DNA from: Haplodiscus bocki
Taxonomy: Eukaryota
Assembly: GCA_965655095.1 (NCBI GenBank)
Contig: OZ296650.1
Location: 119,102,001 to 119,166,000, forward strand
Reading direction: 5' to 3'
Length of the DNA: 64,000 bases
A program made the position numbers and the translations under genes. Shown here in pieces: positions 36,001 through 49,806 of the stretch (position 1 is its first letter; each line of letters begins with the position of its first letter). Below the pieces are notes generated by a model. It was not told the DNA's origin and ran no database searches. It worked only from the letters and a program-made list of their open reading frames with translations.

Positions 36001-37197
36001 GCTATACGATAAATACATAAAGGAGCCCTATACCACGTATAGTTGCTCAAAACAATTTGGTTTTTGACAGAATAGTTCAACGTGCAGCGCCCTTATTAAC
36101 CTACTTCATGACGTGTATCCTCTGCGAAAAATTTACAACTATATTCGACTTATTACACTGGACATGTTAAAAGCCTTTGACACTATTCAACAATCGGAAA
36201 CCTTCAAAGAAATCTCCCGATGTGTACCTCCGCTTAACGAATATGTGGTGGACGTTTTAAAGTGTTTTATAACTTCTCGCAGTCATTACACATCATTGGG
36301 TTCCAGATTTTTGCCGCCGGCTTCAACTAATCTTGTTGTTCCCTAGGGGACAATAACGGTTCCTATTTTTTTCAATTATGCCGTCAATGACACCTTTCGA
36401 TGCGTATTTTTAATGTCATATAGTACACGAATCACAGTATATGCTGATGATAACACTCTTTTAAAAGGCGGTACATATACAGACGGAGACAACGCACTCG
36501 ATATTATATATAAATTTGGTGGCCATTTCTGCTCCAAGAACCTCTGTTTCAACGCTGACAAAAGCTCCGAAATGCTGTTGAGTTTTGGTCGACATGACGT
36601 TCCACCTATTTCTGCCATCAACAGAAAGTCTTCTGTTAAATTACTTGGCATCTTTTTCGACGAAAAGTTGAGTTTCAATGATCATTTGAAATGCATCACG
36701 AAACGAGCCACTGCCAAGTTATACCTTTTTTTCGGTTAAAGAGAATTCGGTTCTCTATTCGTGAACTAACAATTCTTTATAAAGTTCTGGTATTACCCAC
36801 ACTTACGTATTGCTGCTCAGTTTGGGGCGGAACATCTGATGAGAACCTCCTAAAGATTGACAGAGTTCAGTCTAAAGCAGTTCGTCTTGGGATCATCAGT
36901 GAGTACACTCCTATAAAAGATATCATCCGTATCTCCGATAAAAAACTATACAGACAGATCCTTGACCAAGGGAGGAATCATGTCCTCCACGCAATACTGC
37001 CAAAAAAAGCCACAGGAACGTCTGGTTTACGAGAAAAAAGACCACCAGTTCAAGCAACCAAATATGAACATGAACTAAGACTATGTCCCTCTCGTATACT
37101 GCCTTTTTATCAGATATAATGTTTATGTTTCTTAGTGAAAATGGATGCTCTATCTGCTTTTGCATAAAAAGTTTTCTTCTTTCTTCTTCTTCTTCTT
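33100..37197 (+). mobile_element. Decayed LINE (APE-RT ORF2 about 34550-37119; unreadable upstream ORF1 region) with (CTT)n tail
   Basis: LINARS, VTEPWL, GGGV, CGDFND, LDMLKAFD, VYADD, VKLLG; CTT repeats 37176-37197; 5' end uncertain. Confidence 0.88.
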
Positions 37198-40100
37198 ACC
37201 ACACGTGATCTCTGCTCATTAAACTGAATATTTGTGGCGTTGCCCAGCATAGCAAGCAGACTTTTAACAACTACCTTGAGACACTTAAACCGACAATCTG
37301 TTGCCTCAACGAAACCAAAAGACAACTAGATAAGGATTTCACTGCAAATTACTTCACGGAATCAACATGTCGTGCCGTGAGAAGTGATTGCGTCGCTATC
37401 AAAATAAGTAAGGACTTGAGTTACACTCGTTTAAAAGAACCTGAACTGAAAGACTATGACAGCAATTGGATTTTGACGGTGGTGGCGGGACTCAAGATTA
37501 TAATTGGTACTGCATACTTGAAACCAATTGAAACCACTGTAATGCAAAAATTTATAAAAGAGAGAGAAAGTGGTAAACTTCTACAATCAGCCCAACCTTA
37601 ATGGAGTGTTGTTTTTGGGAGACTGCAATGCTGGACACCGCTTGTGGGGTGATAGTATATGCAATCCAAACGGTTATCTGCCTCTGGAAAACCTTTCTGC
37701 TGAAGATCAAACCCTTAATAACGGAGAAGCAACTTTTCTGTCAACCAATGGCTCGAGTGTTATAGATTTGTGCTTTGTAAGTGGAAGAATCGCTACGCAA
37801 ATAGGATTCGAGCTAACAACTGACCCAAATATTGAACTCTTCACAGGAATGCCGCAACGTGGACATATACCTTTGATAGTGAAATGCACTCTAAGTAGGA
37901 TGACGGAAGAAGAAAGTTCGAAACCGTGGTTGCAAAAAGCAGACTGGGAAGCCTGGCAGAACGTGATAGAAGAATCATTGCATGCATCAAATGACGCAGT
38001 TCAATGGCCAAGCGCCATAGATCAGTGCGGAAGTGTACTTGACGACCTTACTGAAGCAACACCAGGGGCCATTCCTTTAAAAGAAGCTCCAGACAAAGCA
38101 AACCTTTCTGGTCTGAAGACTTATCTCAAAAAAGTGCGGAACTCAGAGCTCTCCAAAAAATTCAAGTATTGTTCCAACTACTCGAATTGAGAAAGACTTA
38201 ATAATGCGAAAAAAGAGTTTAAGAGCCTCTCATCTGAAAAATCGTCGCAGTGCATGCGAGAAACTCTAACTAATTCGACTTACAGGAAAAGCAAGGACTT
38301 TTGGCAACAATTTCGGCATGTATTCCAAGTGCGAGAATGCGAAATAGGCCCATTGCAAAGCTCAGATGGACGGCTAGCTACTTCAAAAGAAGATATTTCT
38401 GAGGAACTGAGAAAAACGTTCTTCCTAGGGCAACATCTCAAAGGAAGTTCATTCGATGAGGATCATTACGTTGAGGTGACACGGAGGGTTCGTAATCAGG
38501 ACCCGCAGATCAACGCTGAGCATGATGAAGAACTCTTCCACGAGGACTTCTCGATGTATGAATTAGGATGTGCTATCAAATATGTGCCACAGTCGGATGC
38601 GTTCGACAATGATGGGATTCATGCATCCATGCTGAAACATTTTGGTATTAGCTTGAAACTCAGGCTACTAAAATTTTTGAATATTTGCTGGCACGAGTCC
38701 ACTTGGCCCTGGAACTCATCTCGAGTAATGTTTGTAAAGAAACCAGGCAAATCAAATTATGCATCCAGTTCCAGCAACAGACCACTAGCCTTATCCAGTC
38801 GGGTTGGAAAGTTATTCGAAAGAATGATAAACAGAAGATTGCGAACTTTCTTTACCTCTCATAAAATAATTGAAGAAGAACAAGAAGGTTTCAGAGAAGA
38901 AAGAATCACTGTTCGGTCTTTGTACAGAAGGCAATTAGAGTTGGTAGATATCCAGAGAAATAAAAACCAGCGGTTTTACTGAATATAGACCTTGAGAAAG
39001 CCTCCGATTGTGTTTGGATAGACGGCCTCTTGTACAAACTTCAGAACATTGGAATAACAGGAAGGTTGCTCAGTATAATCCAGGCTTCTCTAAGCAAGAG
39101 ATTATCATTCATAAAGATTGGAAACTATCATTCAAACAATTTTCCGATTCACATCGGTGTACCGCAAGGCAGTGTAATCTCGCCAACATTATTCGTTTTG
39201 TTCATAAATGATTTCATCGATGCACACCCCATTCGTTTCAACTTTGCGGTTGATACAGCTCTGAATTTAACAGCCGATGATATTCTACAAATCGCAACCC
39301 GAACGCAGGCCACTACAGACGATAAAAAACGGTGGTGCGACAAATGGCGCATGGCTGTTAATGGTCCCAAAACTGAGGTAGTCCTATTCAATTACAACAT
39401 TAACGACCCATCCGAAATCACGCTAACATCTGACATCTGTAAATTTGAAACATCCAGAAAGTCTTTGGGGAAAATCATTGACAACAAAACTAATTTCGAA
39501 GAGCATGCTGAGCTGAGTGTAGCGAAAGCCCATCGTAATTGGGCTGCCATTACCGGAAAATGCACAAATTGATGGTGTCTATCTCTCACGACCCAAGTTT
39601 AACTCCAGCGGACAATTATTTTGCCATAAGCCGTGTATGATGATCCACTATGGTACCACAAAAATAGCCACCAACTCCGACGCCTTCAGAATAATGTTAT
39701 GAGAAAAAGTTTCAAACATGGTCCATCTCCCGCTATTCAGGCGTGTGAAGCATTGACAGGATTACCACCGATTGACATTTACTGCGAAAGCATAGCTATC
39801 AAGTTCACCATCAGAATCAGACAGAATGATGATCTAATACGGGATACTCACTTGAAAAAGACTAGTAAAGCCCGCAGCCGAGCTAAATCACTAGAGTCAA
39901 GTTTGAGGAGATAGAGTCGCTTTATGAACAAAGAAACCTTTCTCGAGTATGCAAATGACCAAATTGCGGGATTTATCACTGGCCAATGGCACAGACGATG
40001 GAAAAGAGAGTTTAACAACTCCTTTCACACGAAGCTCACTGCAAGTGTTCCAGCATTTAACGATATCTCTCGGATGATATGCGGTGACTCACACACAGCT

Positions 40101-40340
40101 AAAAATATCTGCGAGTTCCTAATTGGCAATTCTTTAAAACTGGCTGACATTAAGTGGAAATTGAGTCTCACCAATGTGTGAAGGTGAAGAATCGAAAGAA
40201 ACACCATTTCATTTCTGTTTCAACTGCAAACTACAATCTGCTTTTAGATCAAATAACTGTACAAACTTGCGTCTTTAATCAAGACGATTGTATGAAACTG
40301 ACTACACTCATACTAAACTCGAAGAACTGGACTGAATAGA
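37198..40340 (+). mobile_element. Decayed 5'-truncated LINE ORF2 (I/Nimb/Jockey-like): APE, RT, C-terminal zinc-knuckle relic
   Basis: CCLNETK, LGDCNA, SVIDL, GVPQGSVISPTLF, EALTGLPPID, C...ETPFHFCFNC; clade is tentative. Confidence 0.88.
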
Positions 40341-40371
40341 ATTTTGTGAACTGTGGTATCCATATAGTTCA

Positions 40372-40571
40372 NNNNNNNNNNNNNNNNNNNNNNNNNNNNN
40401 NNNNNNNNNNNNNNNNNNNNNNNNNNNNNNNNNNNNNNNNNNNNNNNNNNNNNNNNNNNNNNNNNNNNNNNNNNNNNNNNNNNNNNNNNNNNNNNNNNNN
40501 NNNNNNNNNNNNNNNNNNNNNNNNNNNNNNNNNNNNNNNNNNNNNNNNNNNNNNNNNNNNNNNNNNNNNNN
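40372..40571. other. Assembly gap (200 N)
   Basis: N run. Confidence 1.
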
Positions 40572-41050
40572 ACATACACCAGAAAATTCAGCAAACACCA
40601 AATGCACCCAGCTTGTTCTTGTAAACTGTTTTCCAAATCTTTTAGAGTTTGTTTTCCTAATTTTTTGAAAGCACTGTTCCTTTCCTTTTGTTTGGTTGCT
40701 AAATCAAAAAGGAATTTGGTTGACAAAGATACATTCAAAACGCAGTGTCGCCTTTCATTAGAAATTGGGTTTGTTTTTTTTTAAATTCTATTCATTCCTC
40801 AATAACTACAAAACGCGTTATAAATGCATCAGAATCGAAAGCCAGGTTTGTGGTATCAAGACTTTCGATTTGATCAAGTGCTTTGTTATTTTGATTTTTT
40901 CCACATCAGTATCTTTTCTAAACTTACTCTTTTTGAAAATGAGATTCACTTAAAAAACAGAAGCAGGAAAGGAAGACCTACAGTTTTTAGGACGGTAATT
41001 TTTTCACACCTCTGCTTTGGTTACCTAAATCAAAAATATATTTTCCGTAA
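40572..41050 (-). pseudogene. A32/FtsK-like packaging ATPase relic
   Basis: ERRH..NVSLS...FDL...RNS....KQTLKDLE resembles RGRHxxxDIYYLSQSYFDL...RNN...FKQTLxD; Walker A eroded. Confidence 0.5.
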
Positions 41051-41329
41051 AAAAAAGTTTTAGCAGTCATACTTCGGCAGTTTTTACTTTTTTCTTAGTT
41101 TTCGTATAAAATGTATTATGTTCTAAACTGTTACAGAAGTCCCAAAAAACTAGCCTTTGTCACTCAAAAAACTGTAATGTATACTAATCTGCAAAAAAAC
41201 ACTAGTTGCACATTCTAGCTTTAATACTATAATATCTTCTGGGAAATTTCGAGGTTCACTGTCACCTTTTCGTTTTTGAAAAAAGTTATACACTCAAAAT
41301 TTTTTTTGTACAAAAGTTTTATTTCGAGT

Positions 41330-41876
41330 AATATTACTGTAGTCAGTGAAAATATTTCAATAACATTCATAACCTTTTTATCAAGCACATTATCTTGTGA
41401 ACTGTTGCCGTATAAAAAGAAATATTTTTAGGTTTATTCTGCTCTTTAAAGTTTCTCTCCAAAAATCTAAAAAACTTTCACGATTACCTCATATAGTTTA
41501 CCATCTAATGTTTGTCTGCATGCTACTCCGAGTGATATTGATGAAAGCATCAAGCGGAGTACTCATTTAGCCATTGCAACAGAAGTTGATGTTGTAGCAC
41601 TTTTGAAAACCGATTCAATTGATTTTAATAAAGAAACTATGTTTTGTTTTCTTTATCATTCCTTTTCGGTTTTGTGTTTTTCTCTCGGAAAAAGTTTACA
41701 ATTTCGTTATTAGAAAAGACGAAAAATTAAAACTATTCACATCGTTTTTCTTCCTCCGTATTCTGTCTTCCACAAAACTAACAAGTTTTTTTGGCAGAGA
41801 GCGATATTATATAGTATTAATCACTTGTCTATTAAAAAACAATGGCTTCTGCGGAGTGAGGTAACTTTAGTTCCAT
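41330..41876 (-). pseudogene. Coiled-coil + two-TM protein relic (GasderminX-like membrane protein of adintoviruses)
   Basis: LKSIESVFKSATTSTSVAMA...SISLGVAC...GKLYEVIV hydrophobic hairpin after a Lys-rich helix. Confidence 0.4.
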
Positions 41877-42449
41877 TCTACGCATTTTTCAACGATGTAA
41901 TCTTTTTCGAGTGTTTTGAAAACTTGTGACAACTGGCATAGTAGGCAAAGGTGCTAGAATTATTCTCAATTGAACTGCACTATCAATTATCGCTCATTCT
42001 CCCAATGTTCTTCCGAAAACTTTCAGTGAAATCAAAGAATAATTTCCAACAAATTTAGCGGATATTTTTCCTAAATTCTCAAGAAAACGTCTTTATGCTC
42101 CTGCGTCATATAGTTTATCCTAAACAGTCATTGATTTTTTTGTTCTACGTAAAAAAAAACGCTAAATAATAAATTCGACCGGTTTTATCTATTCAACAAC
42201 AGTATTCATCTTACCAGAATGAAGGCCTCCTTAAGCACATTAGGAATTATATTCATATTTTCAGTAATTTCATCATTTTTTGCTCTTTTTTTCGGAAAGA
42301 AAGTGAAGGTCCTCGTTTTACCATTGAAACTGAAGAAAACGCCTTTTCAAAAAAAGTTTTTTCTGTGTTTTGGAAGACGTATATGGACTTGGATTGTATA
42401 TAAAAATATACGGCACGCAAAGTGCTAAATTATCAATTTTTTTGTACCA

Positions 42450-43530
42450 GTTTTTTGAATAATCAGATGGTAAATGTCATAGTTTCACGAGTAAATTACC
42501 CGTGCAGTTTTTCAGCATCTTCCAAAAATGAAGGTGATAATTTTCAAAACAGATTGATTTGATTTTGTAAAGGATTTTTCCTGAATCATAAAATTTTATA
42601 AATCCAGGAGGTTGAATTGACGCAAAGATATAGTGTTTTGGTTCTAAAAAACCACCTATTATTGAACCGTCTTCGAACTGATTTTTTAAAAACCCTTTAA
42701 TTTTCTGCGGTTAAGTTTATCTTTTTTCAGGTAAAGTTTTTGGTATTAGGTTTATATTCACAGTGGAGGGCAAATCCTGACAATGGAACGATAACAAGTT
42801 TCGTCAAACCTTTAACCTAATTTTGATTCCATTAAAAACTTTGTTGTAAAATTATCCCTTAAATTATCAGAAATGTATCCCTGATACAACTAACTTCTTG
42901 CATCCATGGTGGTATCTCTAGACTAACAAAATTAGAAGGATGATGTTCGAAATTAAACGTGATATCTTGTTCTTGCAACCTCAATATTTCAAAAAAATTT
43001 GACAGTTTTGTCAAATAAAACGTTTACATTGTCTGAAAACGTTTTCATAGACTAAAATTTAGGCATTGTTTTTACTTTCATTAGATTTTTTCTTTTTCTG
43101 TAAAACGTAATGTTTTTCTCATTACCTTCATATTAATAACTCACATTTACTTCGACCTCTCCAAAAATTAAGTGTTATTGTTTCGTCTTTCAGACCTTCT
43201 CTGTGTGATTGTTTATCTTCGTTTTTCAGATCAATGACAGATAATGTCGCACTTCGGTAAAAAACTGAGTTTTTAAAGACCCGTTTTTGCTACTTCTTTT
43301 CGACATGATATATACAAAAAGTGACACTTCTCAATTAGATATCCATCTATCTTCGCAAGTTGAAGAGTTCTTTGTTAAATTCAAAGTTAAATCGAACAAA
43401 AAAGGCACCGCTCGTTTGGCTAAAATGCTTTCTAATGTCTCCGGTAGTTCTGTTGCAGTTTGTTCGATAAGCATATGAGTGTTTTTTGAATTTGAAAGTA
43501 TAGATTTTTTCTCTTTTGTAGTCTACTGGT
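42450..43530 (-). pseudogene. Minor capsid (penton) relic
   Basis: LIEQT...ETLE near the start; DGSIIGGFLEPKHYIFASIQPPGF near the end. Confidence 0.5.
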
Positions 43531-44820
43531 GTGTAAATTCAGCAACACTTTGTTGAAAATGAGATAACGACATATGTCTTTTTAATATTTTATTTATTTA
43601 TTGTGAAGGTCATCACTTTCATCATTACAATCGTCTCTGCTTTTCTCCTCTTCTTCCATTTTGTTCACAATTGCCTTCACATTAGATAATATTCATAAAA
43701 GTTTGTTTCTATGCTTTCCAATAATCGTGGGACATTGCAATTTGGCTAAAGCAAAACTTTATGGAATAAATTGTCTTGTTCCCTTTACAAAATTTCCATC
43801 AGAACATTTTTCAGTGAAGTCTGTCAAGTCTATTCACGGCAACAGGTTCTGAATTTCCCATATGCATACACAGCATATCCTGAAAATTGTTCATAAACCA
43901 GAATTTTTATTTTCTTCCAGCAGAACTTTTCTGATTCCAGGAGTAGTTTTACCACCTTTCATCGTTAAAGTATTGGTGAAAACACAAGTTTTCTATCGTT
44001 TCTGCCAAAAAGTTTCACGTGAAAATGGTTTTGTGTTGTTGTCATTCGTCTCTTTTCAACGGAAACACCAGCCGGCAACCAAATGATTTGTCTTCGGAAA
44101 CAATATTTTTTCTTGTCTACTATATATTCTATGTCATTTCATGTTAACTTCCTTATAAAAACAATGTTCTTAAGATGTTTATGGCTCAATCAAGTTAAAA
44201 TCCTCAAAAAAACAACCCGTAAACACTTGTTATCAACAACCAATAAACGATATTCACACTCACCGATTTGTTCTGCCATTTCTATTCATCTTCTTCTTGC
44301 ACGTGTAAACCAGTTTCGTTTACTTCTCTTTGCTCTTTCAGAGTTTTTAGCTTCTCTTTATTTGCAGTACCCTCCCAAAGATTCGGTGTGTAGGTGGAGA
44401 ATGTTATACTGGGCTCAGTTTTTTCAAAACCAGAATCTACTCCTTTAAACTCGATACACCAAGATCTTGTGGAGTAATCAAAGAAAAATTATCCTCAGAC
44501 TTTTTGACACAAATTCAGAAATTTCTTGAGGTTTTCCTTTTGTATTGTTCCTTTATTTTTCAATACTATTCTAGCATTGTCTTTTTCTTGTAATAGCAGT
44601 AATTCGTTCATCATGAAAACGTTGAAACTAGTTTTTATTAACTTTAGATCCTCTACTAGATACATTCTTAAAATTCTTTTTGTTATTGCGAGATAGAGTT
44701 TTACATTTTTCACCATTCACGAACTTGATGTTCAATTTTTATGCACTTTTGCCCTTGTTGCTTCGACAAATCGTTTCACCAGTGGTGTTTTATTTTACAC
44801 TAATATCATTAGTCGTTTTC

Positions 44821-45272
44821 CTAATGCCAATTTTTTTGTTGTATTGAAGGCACCACAGCAGTTTTAAAACCTACTTTCAAACACTTTGATAGCTGAGAAC
44901 TATGAAAACAAAGGGCAGCACAGAAAATGTATTTCTTCGTACTTTTTCTTCCTCCGATTTTTTTTATTCCATTTTTTGATAAAAATAGGTAACACTTTCC
45001 GACTTGGTCATCCATAGGATCAAAATCAGTTTTCATTTATGTGTACATTCAGTAGAGTGAATGTTGACCATTCCATCTTTTGTTACAAGTTTGTCATCCC
45101 TTGTATATACAAAGTTATGTAATCTGTAATTGCTTAGTATTTTTTTTCTTAGATGTAGATTTTCTTTCAAGTCATGAAAATAAATAGTTTCTTCAAAACT
45201 CAACTTGTTTTTATTTTTTGCTAAAGGGTGAATACTTCTTTGCAGCTTCATCTTTGTGAATTTGACATTCAA
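44821..45272 (-). pseudogene. Adenain-like cysteine protease relic
   Basis: GMVNIHSTECTH (cf. GIVNLxxxxGTHW), FD, FCAALC. Confidence 0.6.
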
Positions 45273-45519
45273 AGAAACTTTTTTTGAGGTGTTTAGAATG
45301 CAGTTTGGCCAGAATTATCCATGAAATTTTCAATAGCGATCCGAAACTTAGTTAGAACCTCTTTGAAACGTTTTGAAGATTGTTCTCTTTGTTCGCGTAG
45401 TGGACGGTTGTTTGATATCATCCACATTTTTATTTAAAATGTAATGAGAACGAAAAATTTTCTAATCGGTAGGGTTGCTTTTTTTTCCTTCAGACCAAAA
45501 ATTCCAACTCTTTTCACCC

Positions 45520-46230
45520 AAAAAAATTGACAGCGGTAGGCTTAATACAACAAGTTTCTCAAGCAGTAGAATCGCGGTTCGAGTCACTGCCGTGCTGGAA
45601 ATTACTACTTATCCCTAAAAATTTTCAACACCCAAAATCAGTGGAACGGTTCGAAAATTTTTGGCACTGTGAGACATAACACTTTCGACGGAAAATCGTA
45701 ACATAACCCCTTGAATCATAAATTTTTTCGATACCCGAAAATAATGAAACTCTAAAGTGGTCCGCTAGGAAATATTTCTGAATTTTGAAACCAAAGAAAT
45801 TTGACAGAAAGTCGTGATACTCCTTCCCTCCCTTTCCCTTTCCCCTCTTGTCCATAAAATTATTCGATACCAGAACTTTTATGAAACAGAAACGACCCCT
45901 TACGAAGTTTTTCGGTACTGTGAGACAAAAAATTTCCACACAAATTGAGAAAACCCCTTCGATGCTCAAAACTTTCTGATACACTGAATTATTCCCCAAT
46001 AAAGTTTTTTGGTACCGTAAGACAAAAATTTTGAACAAAAAGTCGTGATTCTCAATATTTTTCATTAAAAAAAGAAATCATTGCTGGAATTGCTATTTGT
46101 AGAAAACTTTCGAAAAGTAGATTTTGAACAGTAGTCTTTGTTAAAAGTTTATTAAGAAACTATTTAACTGTATGCAAATTTTGATCAAAATGTTTGTATT
46201 CATTCGAAAAATGTGCCGGTGCTAGCCGAA
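45520..46230 (+). repeat. Inserted repeat with a B-box-like head and ~110-bp degenerate tandem units (possible tRNA-derived SINE)
   Basis: GGTTCGAGTC at 45576; units TTGG(C/T)ACTGTGAGACA...TCGTGAT recur about 4 times. Confidence 0.55.
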
Positions 46231-46879
46231 TGTTTTGTTTTATATTCGTTCATCTTTTTCTCATAAATTCAATTTTGCTATGAATTTTTTTCAATTTCTC
46301 TGTTGAAGATTTTGATTGGCTGTGATTTTTGCAGTGTGAAGGAATGATTTGTCCAATAATTTTATCCTGTAGTTTTTCCCAGACACTTTACAATGAAATT
46401 GAATTCAGCAAATTCATCATTACTTATCAACCCATCTAAAATAAAACGTATATCTACCAAATATTTTCAGTAGTTAAATAGTTATAATGAACTTCTTATT
46501 GATTTGGAATATTTAAAACTTTGGTTACATATCTTTTTTCTTATTACCGAGATTATCCGTGTACCCAAATTGTGTGCATTTTTGAAAATTTTCTTCAGCT
46601 TATACGGCCTTTTTTTCTACAAACGTAGGTTAATTTAATCGGTTCCTTCTCCTCCATTTTCGTTTCATTTGAAATCTCTGTTTTATGAAATAAGAACGTA
46701 ATTTTGTAAGGCTCATATTCAGTTATTAAATTCACGTTTTCATTGAGTTTTCTCACTCGTTTAAATAACCCTTTATAATTATTTTTTGAACTGTTGCTTG
46801 TTTTCAGTCTAGTCATTAATTTTTCATGATTCATTCTATTATATATCATCAAAAACTGGTTTTTGATAAAATAATCGGG

Positions 46880-48230
46880 TTGTTATTGATTGTACCAATA
46901 AAATCAATCACTTAGTTATTACTGCAAGATTCAAAAATTAATTGTTCAATAGAACCCAAACCAGCTTCAATTCGCCGTAGATTGGAGAAGTATCTTAAGG
47001 GTAATTTCTTCCTTAAGTACCGGAGGCTGTCCCTTTTCATGTCATTTTTGTATAATTTATTTGTTGAATTACAAAAACTCATCTCGTTAGCTAAAGATTT
47101 GCGAGTAAATTTAGGGTCTTTTCTTGATAAAAAGTAAATATTTCTTGAAAGATGTTCGTGATTTTGAACTTCAGTCTAAATTTTTCTACAAAGAAGCAGA
47201 GTCAATAAGAGTGTAGAGGGCAGTCTTACAAGAGAAAAAGATGGATGAAAAGTTTTCTAAATTAAGATGAGAACATATTCACCAAGCAGAGATGAAGATG
47301 TAGGTACGAGTATTATCCTACAAGTGAAAGAATATCGACCAAACAGTTTGATATAAAAATACTCAAATAAAATTCTGAATGAAGTATCAAGGATTTTGTG
47401 ATGTTTTTTAATCTGTGTATTTTGTACTGAACATGCAAAAACTACTCGAGAAGTTTTTTCTAACAAAATCATTTTTTTGAAGCTGCTTATAATTGAAAGA
47501 GAAAACATTGTTTTTCTAAAAGTGTAATAAAGTTTTTAACCGCAAAAGTAGAATGAGTTGGATAAGTTCATTATATCGTCATGAAAATGGAAGACGTTAC
47601 AATGAGTTTTTTTATTGAGATGTTTCAAAAAAGTTTGTAGTGAATGCAAAACTTATGTTATTATTAGGAGATTTGATAAAAAATCGTCAAGAAAAAAAAC
47701 GTAAAATTGCAATCGGAAAACTGTTGTTGTACCTTCCACGAAATGGAAGTGACTTTTCGAGCCACCCAGGAAAGTTTTATAAAGGTTCATAGTCAGATTT
47801 CTAAGTTCTGCATCGCTTCAATGAAGCAAATCCCTTCCTTTGATATCTATCTCATCTGAATCATCTTTTCCTTGTGGCAGCAGCATTATTTATAAAAAGT
47901 TTCCAAAATCACATACGTTTTATATCCTAGCTTCAATTTTGAATTCCGTTTTTTTTCAGTGGGTGTGCTCAGTAGAACTTTGTTCAACTATTGAAATGAT
48001 ATCCTAAAAAAACTTTCTTGTGTTTCGAAAATTCAAGTAAAATTGAAGCAGTATCAATGTTTGACCATGAGGCTATTGATTTTGTATCATAAATTTCATG
48101 TAAAATAGAAAAAAAATACTCGAAAAAAAACTTTGTTTCCTCTTTGTCTCTGCTAATTGCGCCATCATTTGTTATTAAAAACTATTTTCAAAATGTATTC
48201 CAAATATCACAGATAATTTCCATACAAAAA
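46880..48230 (-). pseudogene. Major capsid protein relic (family A)
   Basis: Scattered residual motifs over about 1.35 kb; size and position fit a double jelly-roll capsid; very degraded. Confidence 0.4.
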
Positions 48231-49041
48231 ATTTTTTGCCTATTTAGAATGTGGATTTCATGGTTTGTATGTTTAAAATCATTTTATGTTTTTTTACGGA
48301 TGTTACAATCGGTTTTTTCACCTGTGCCAAATAATTTTTCAGTGGATTTCAAAATATTTTTGTTATCTGAGTTGTTCAAACTTCATCAAAAATATTACAT
48401 TTACTTGTTTAGAAGAAAACTCGAAAGATTAAAGGTGAGTTCATCTTTCAATGGCTCCAGAGACAGATATAGAGTTTCTACGTTTTACTTTTTTCCGCAT
48501 GCAATAAAAGTGTTTTAGATTTCAGAGGAATTTTGAAAGTGTTTTCTGGCATAAATTAATTTTCTTAGAAGTGGTTGTTGATGGCGACTCAATCTTTTCA
48601 TGAAGAAATTTTTATTAATGTTTGCGAATCTAAGCGTTTGTGAAGCAAAAAACTTTTTCCACAGTCCGCGAAGACTGAAAAGTTCTCAGAATGTAGATGA
48701 GAGTATCTTCGCTTTTAGGCGATCAAAATAGGCAATTTAGTTAAATTGTCTACTGCCTAAATCACGAAGTTAAATAGTTGATTTGACTTCAAATGTTTAA
48801 AGAAAATACCAGCATAAAAATCTCCTGTCGTTGTCAATTACAATAAACTGATTTATTCATTTTTCTTTTCAAAAAAAAACACAAGATATAATCTTCTACA
48901 TATTTTTGTATAACTGCATGTATACACTGTTAAATTTGTCAAACTTTTTGTACCTGTCAACCCAATTTTTCGGGCAAATTACAGGTGCTACAGCCCATCA
49001 GGAGTCCATTCTACAAAATAACTTAGCATGAGATATATATA

Positions 49042-49525
49042 AGAAGTAAGAGTGTGAGCTGATCAAGTCGAGGGGGTTGTAGACCCTCATGTATTAAGAT
49101 AGGCTATAGCGAGCCGACTCGAGCCGAGAGCCGAGAAGGGTCTTCAACCCTAGTCGAGAGCTCTCGGGTGACGTAAAGCTCGACTCTGGTGACGCAATAC
49201 CCGATTCTGATTGGCTGACAACTCGGGTGACGTATTGCTCGATTCAGATTGGCTGACGACTCGGTTGACGTAGTTGTCGATTCTTGCGAGAGCCGAGGGT
49301 GCTCGATTCTGATTGGTTGCCGAGTCGGCAATGTATTAAGATATGGAGCCGACTCAGTGTATTAAGACAGGCGCTGCATGTATTAAGATATGGAGCCGAA
49401 AGCCGAGTCAATGTTTTAAGATAAGTAATGCATGTATTAAGATAGGGATGCAGGTATTAAAATACGCATTAGCATTCGTTAATGTATAAGCATAGGCTAT
49501 AGTTCGTCTCAATGTATAAAGATTT
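49042..49525. repeat. Putative terminal repeat/origin region with TGTATTAAGATA iterons, CCAAT and TGACGT motifs
   Basis: Exact 12-mers at 49090, 49332, 49379, 49433; variants at 49358, 49412 and beyond. Confidence 0.7.
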
Positions 49526-49806
49526 GACTCTTTTTCGGCACTGTGCGACAATTTTCAGCACTGTCAGATTTTTTCGAAAGAACATTTTGAACTGATTTTT
49601 TTTCTTGCAGCTCCGCCCTTGGACAATTCCTACACCTGCAGATATTTTATTACGCGCGCGGATACTGATATGACTTAATGCTATGTAACAAGATTGTGTA
49701 ATATTTTGAAAAATTTAAGTTAGAATGTATAAAATGGGACAAAAACACAATAAAAACTGCACATTTACATACAGAGGTTGAAAAACTACATGTAATTACC
49801 TACGAA

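Larger units (their letters stand above)
40572..48900 (-). mobile_element. Heavily eroded Polinton/adintovirus-like element (family A)
   Basis: Co-oriented relics of major capsid, adenain protease, penton, basic core protein, 2-TM protein and packaging ATPase, recognised by manual translation through many stops. Confidence 0.65.

Noticed and set aside
40308-40738. ORFs containing long X runs (also 63476-63888)
   Set aside because: Artefacts of translating through N gaps.
45520-45600. tRNA gene (GGTTCGAGTC T-loop)
   Set aside because: No convincing cloverleaf or acceptor stem; treated as a SINE-like head.
49090-49525. Repeat-spacer-like array suggesting CRISPR
   Set aside because: Repeats are only 12 bp and irregularly spaced, there are no cas genes, and the context is eukaryotic viral.
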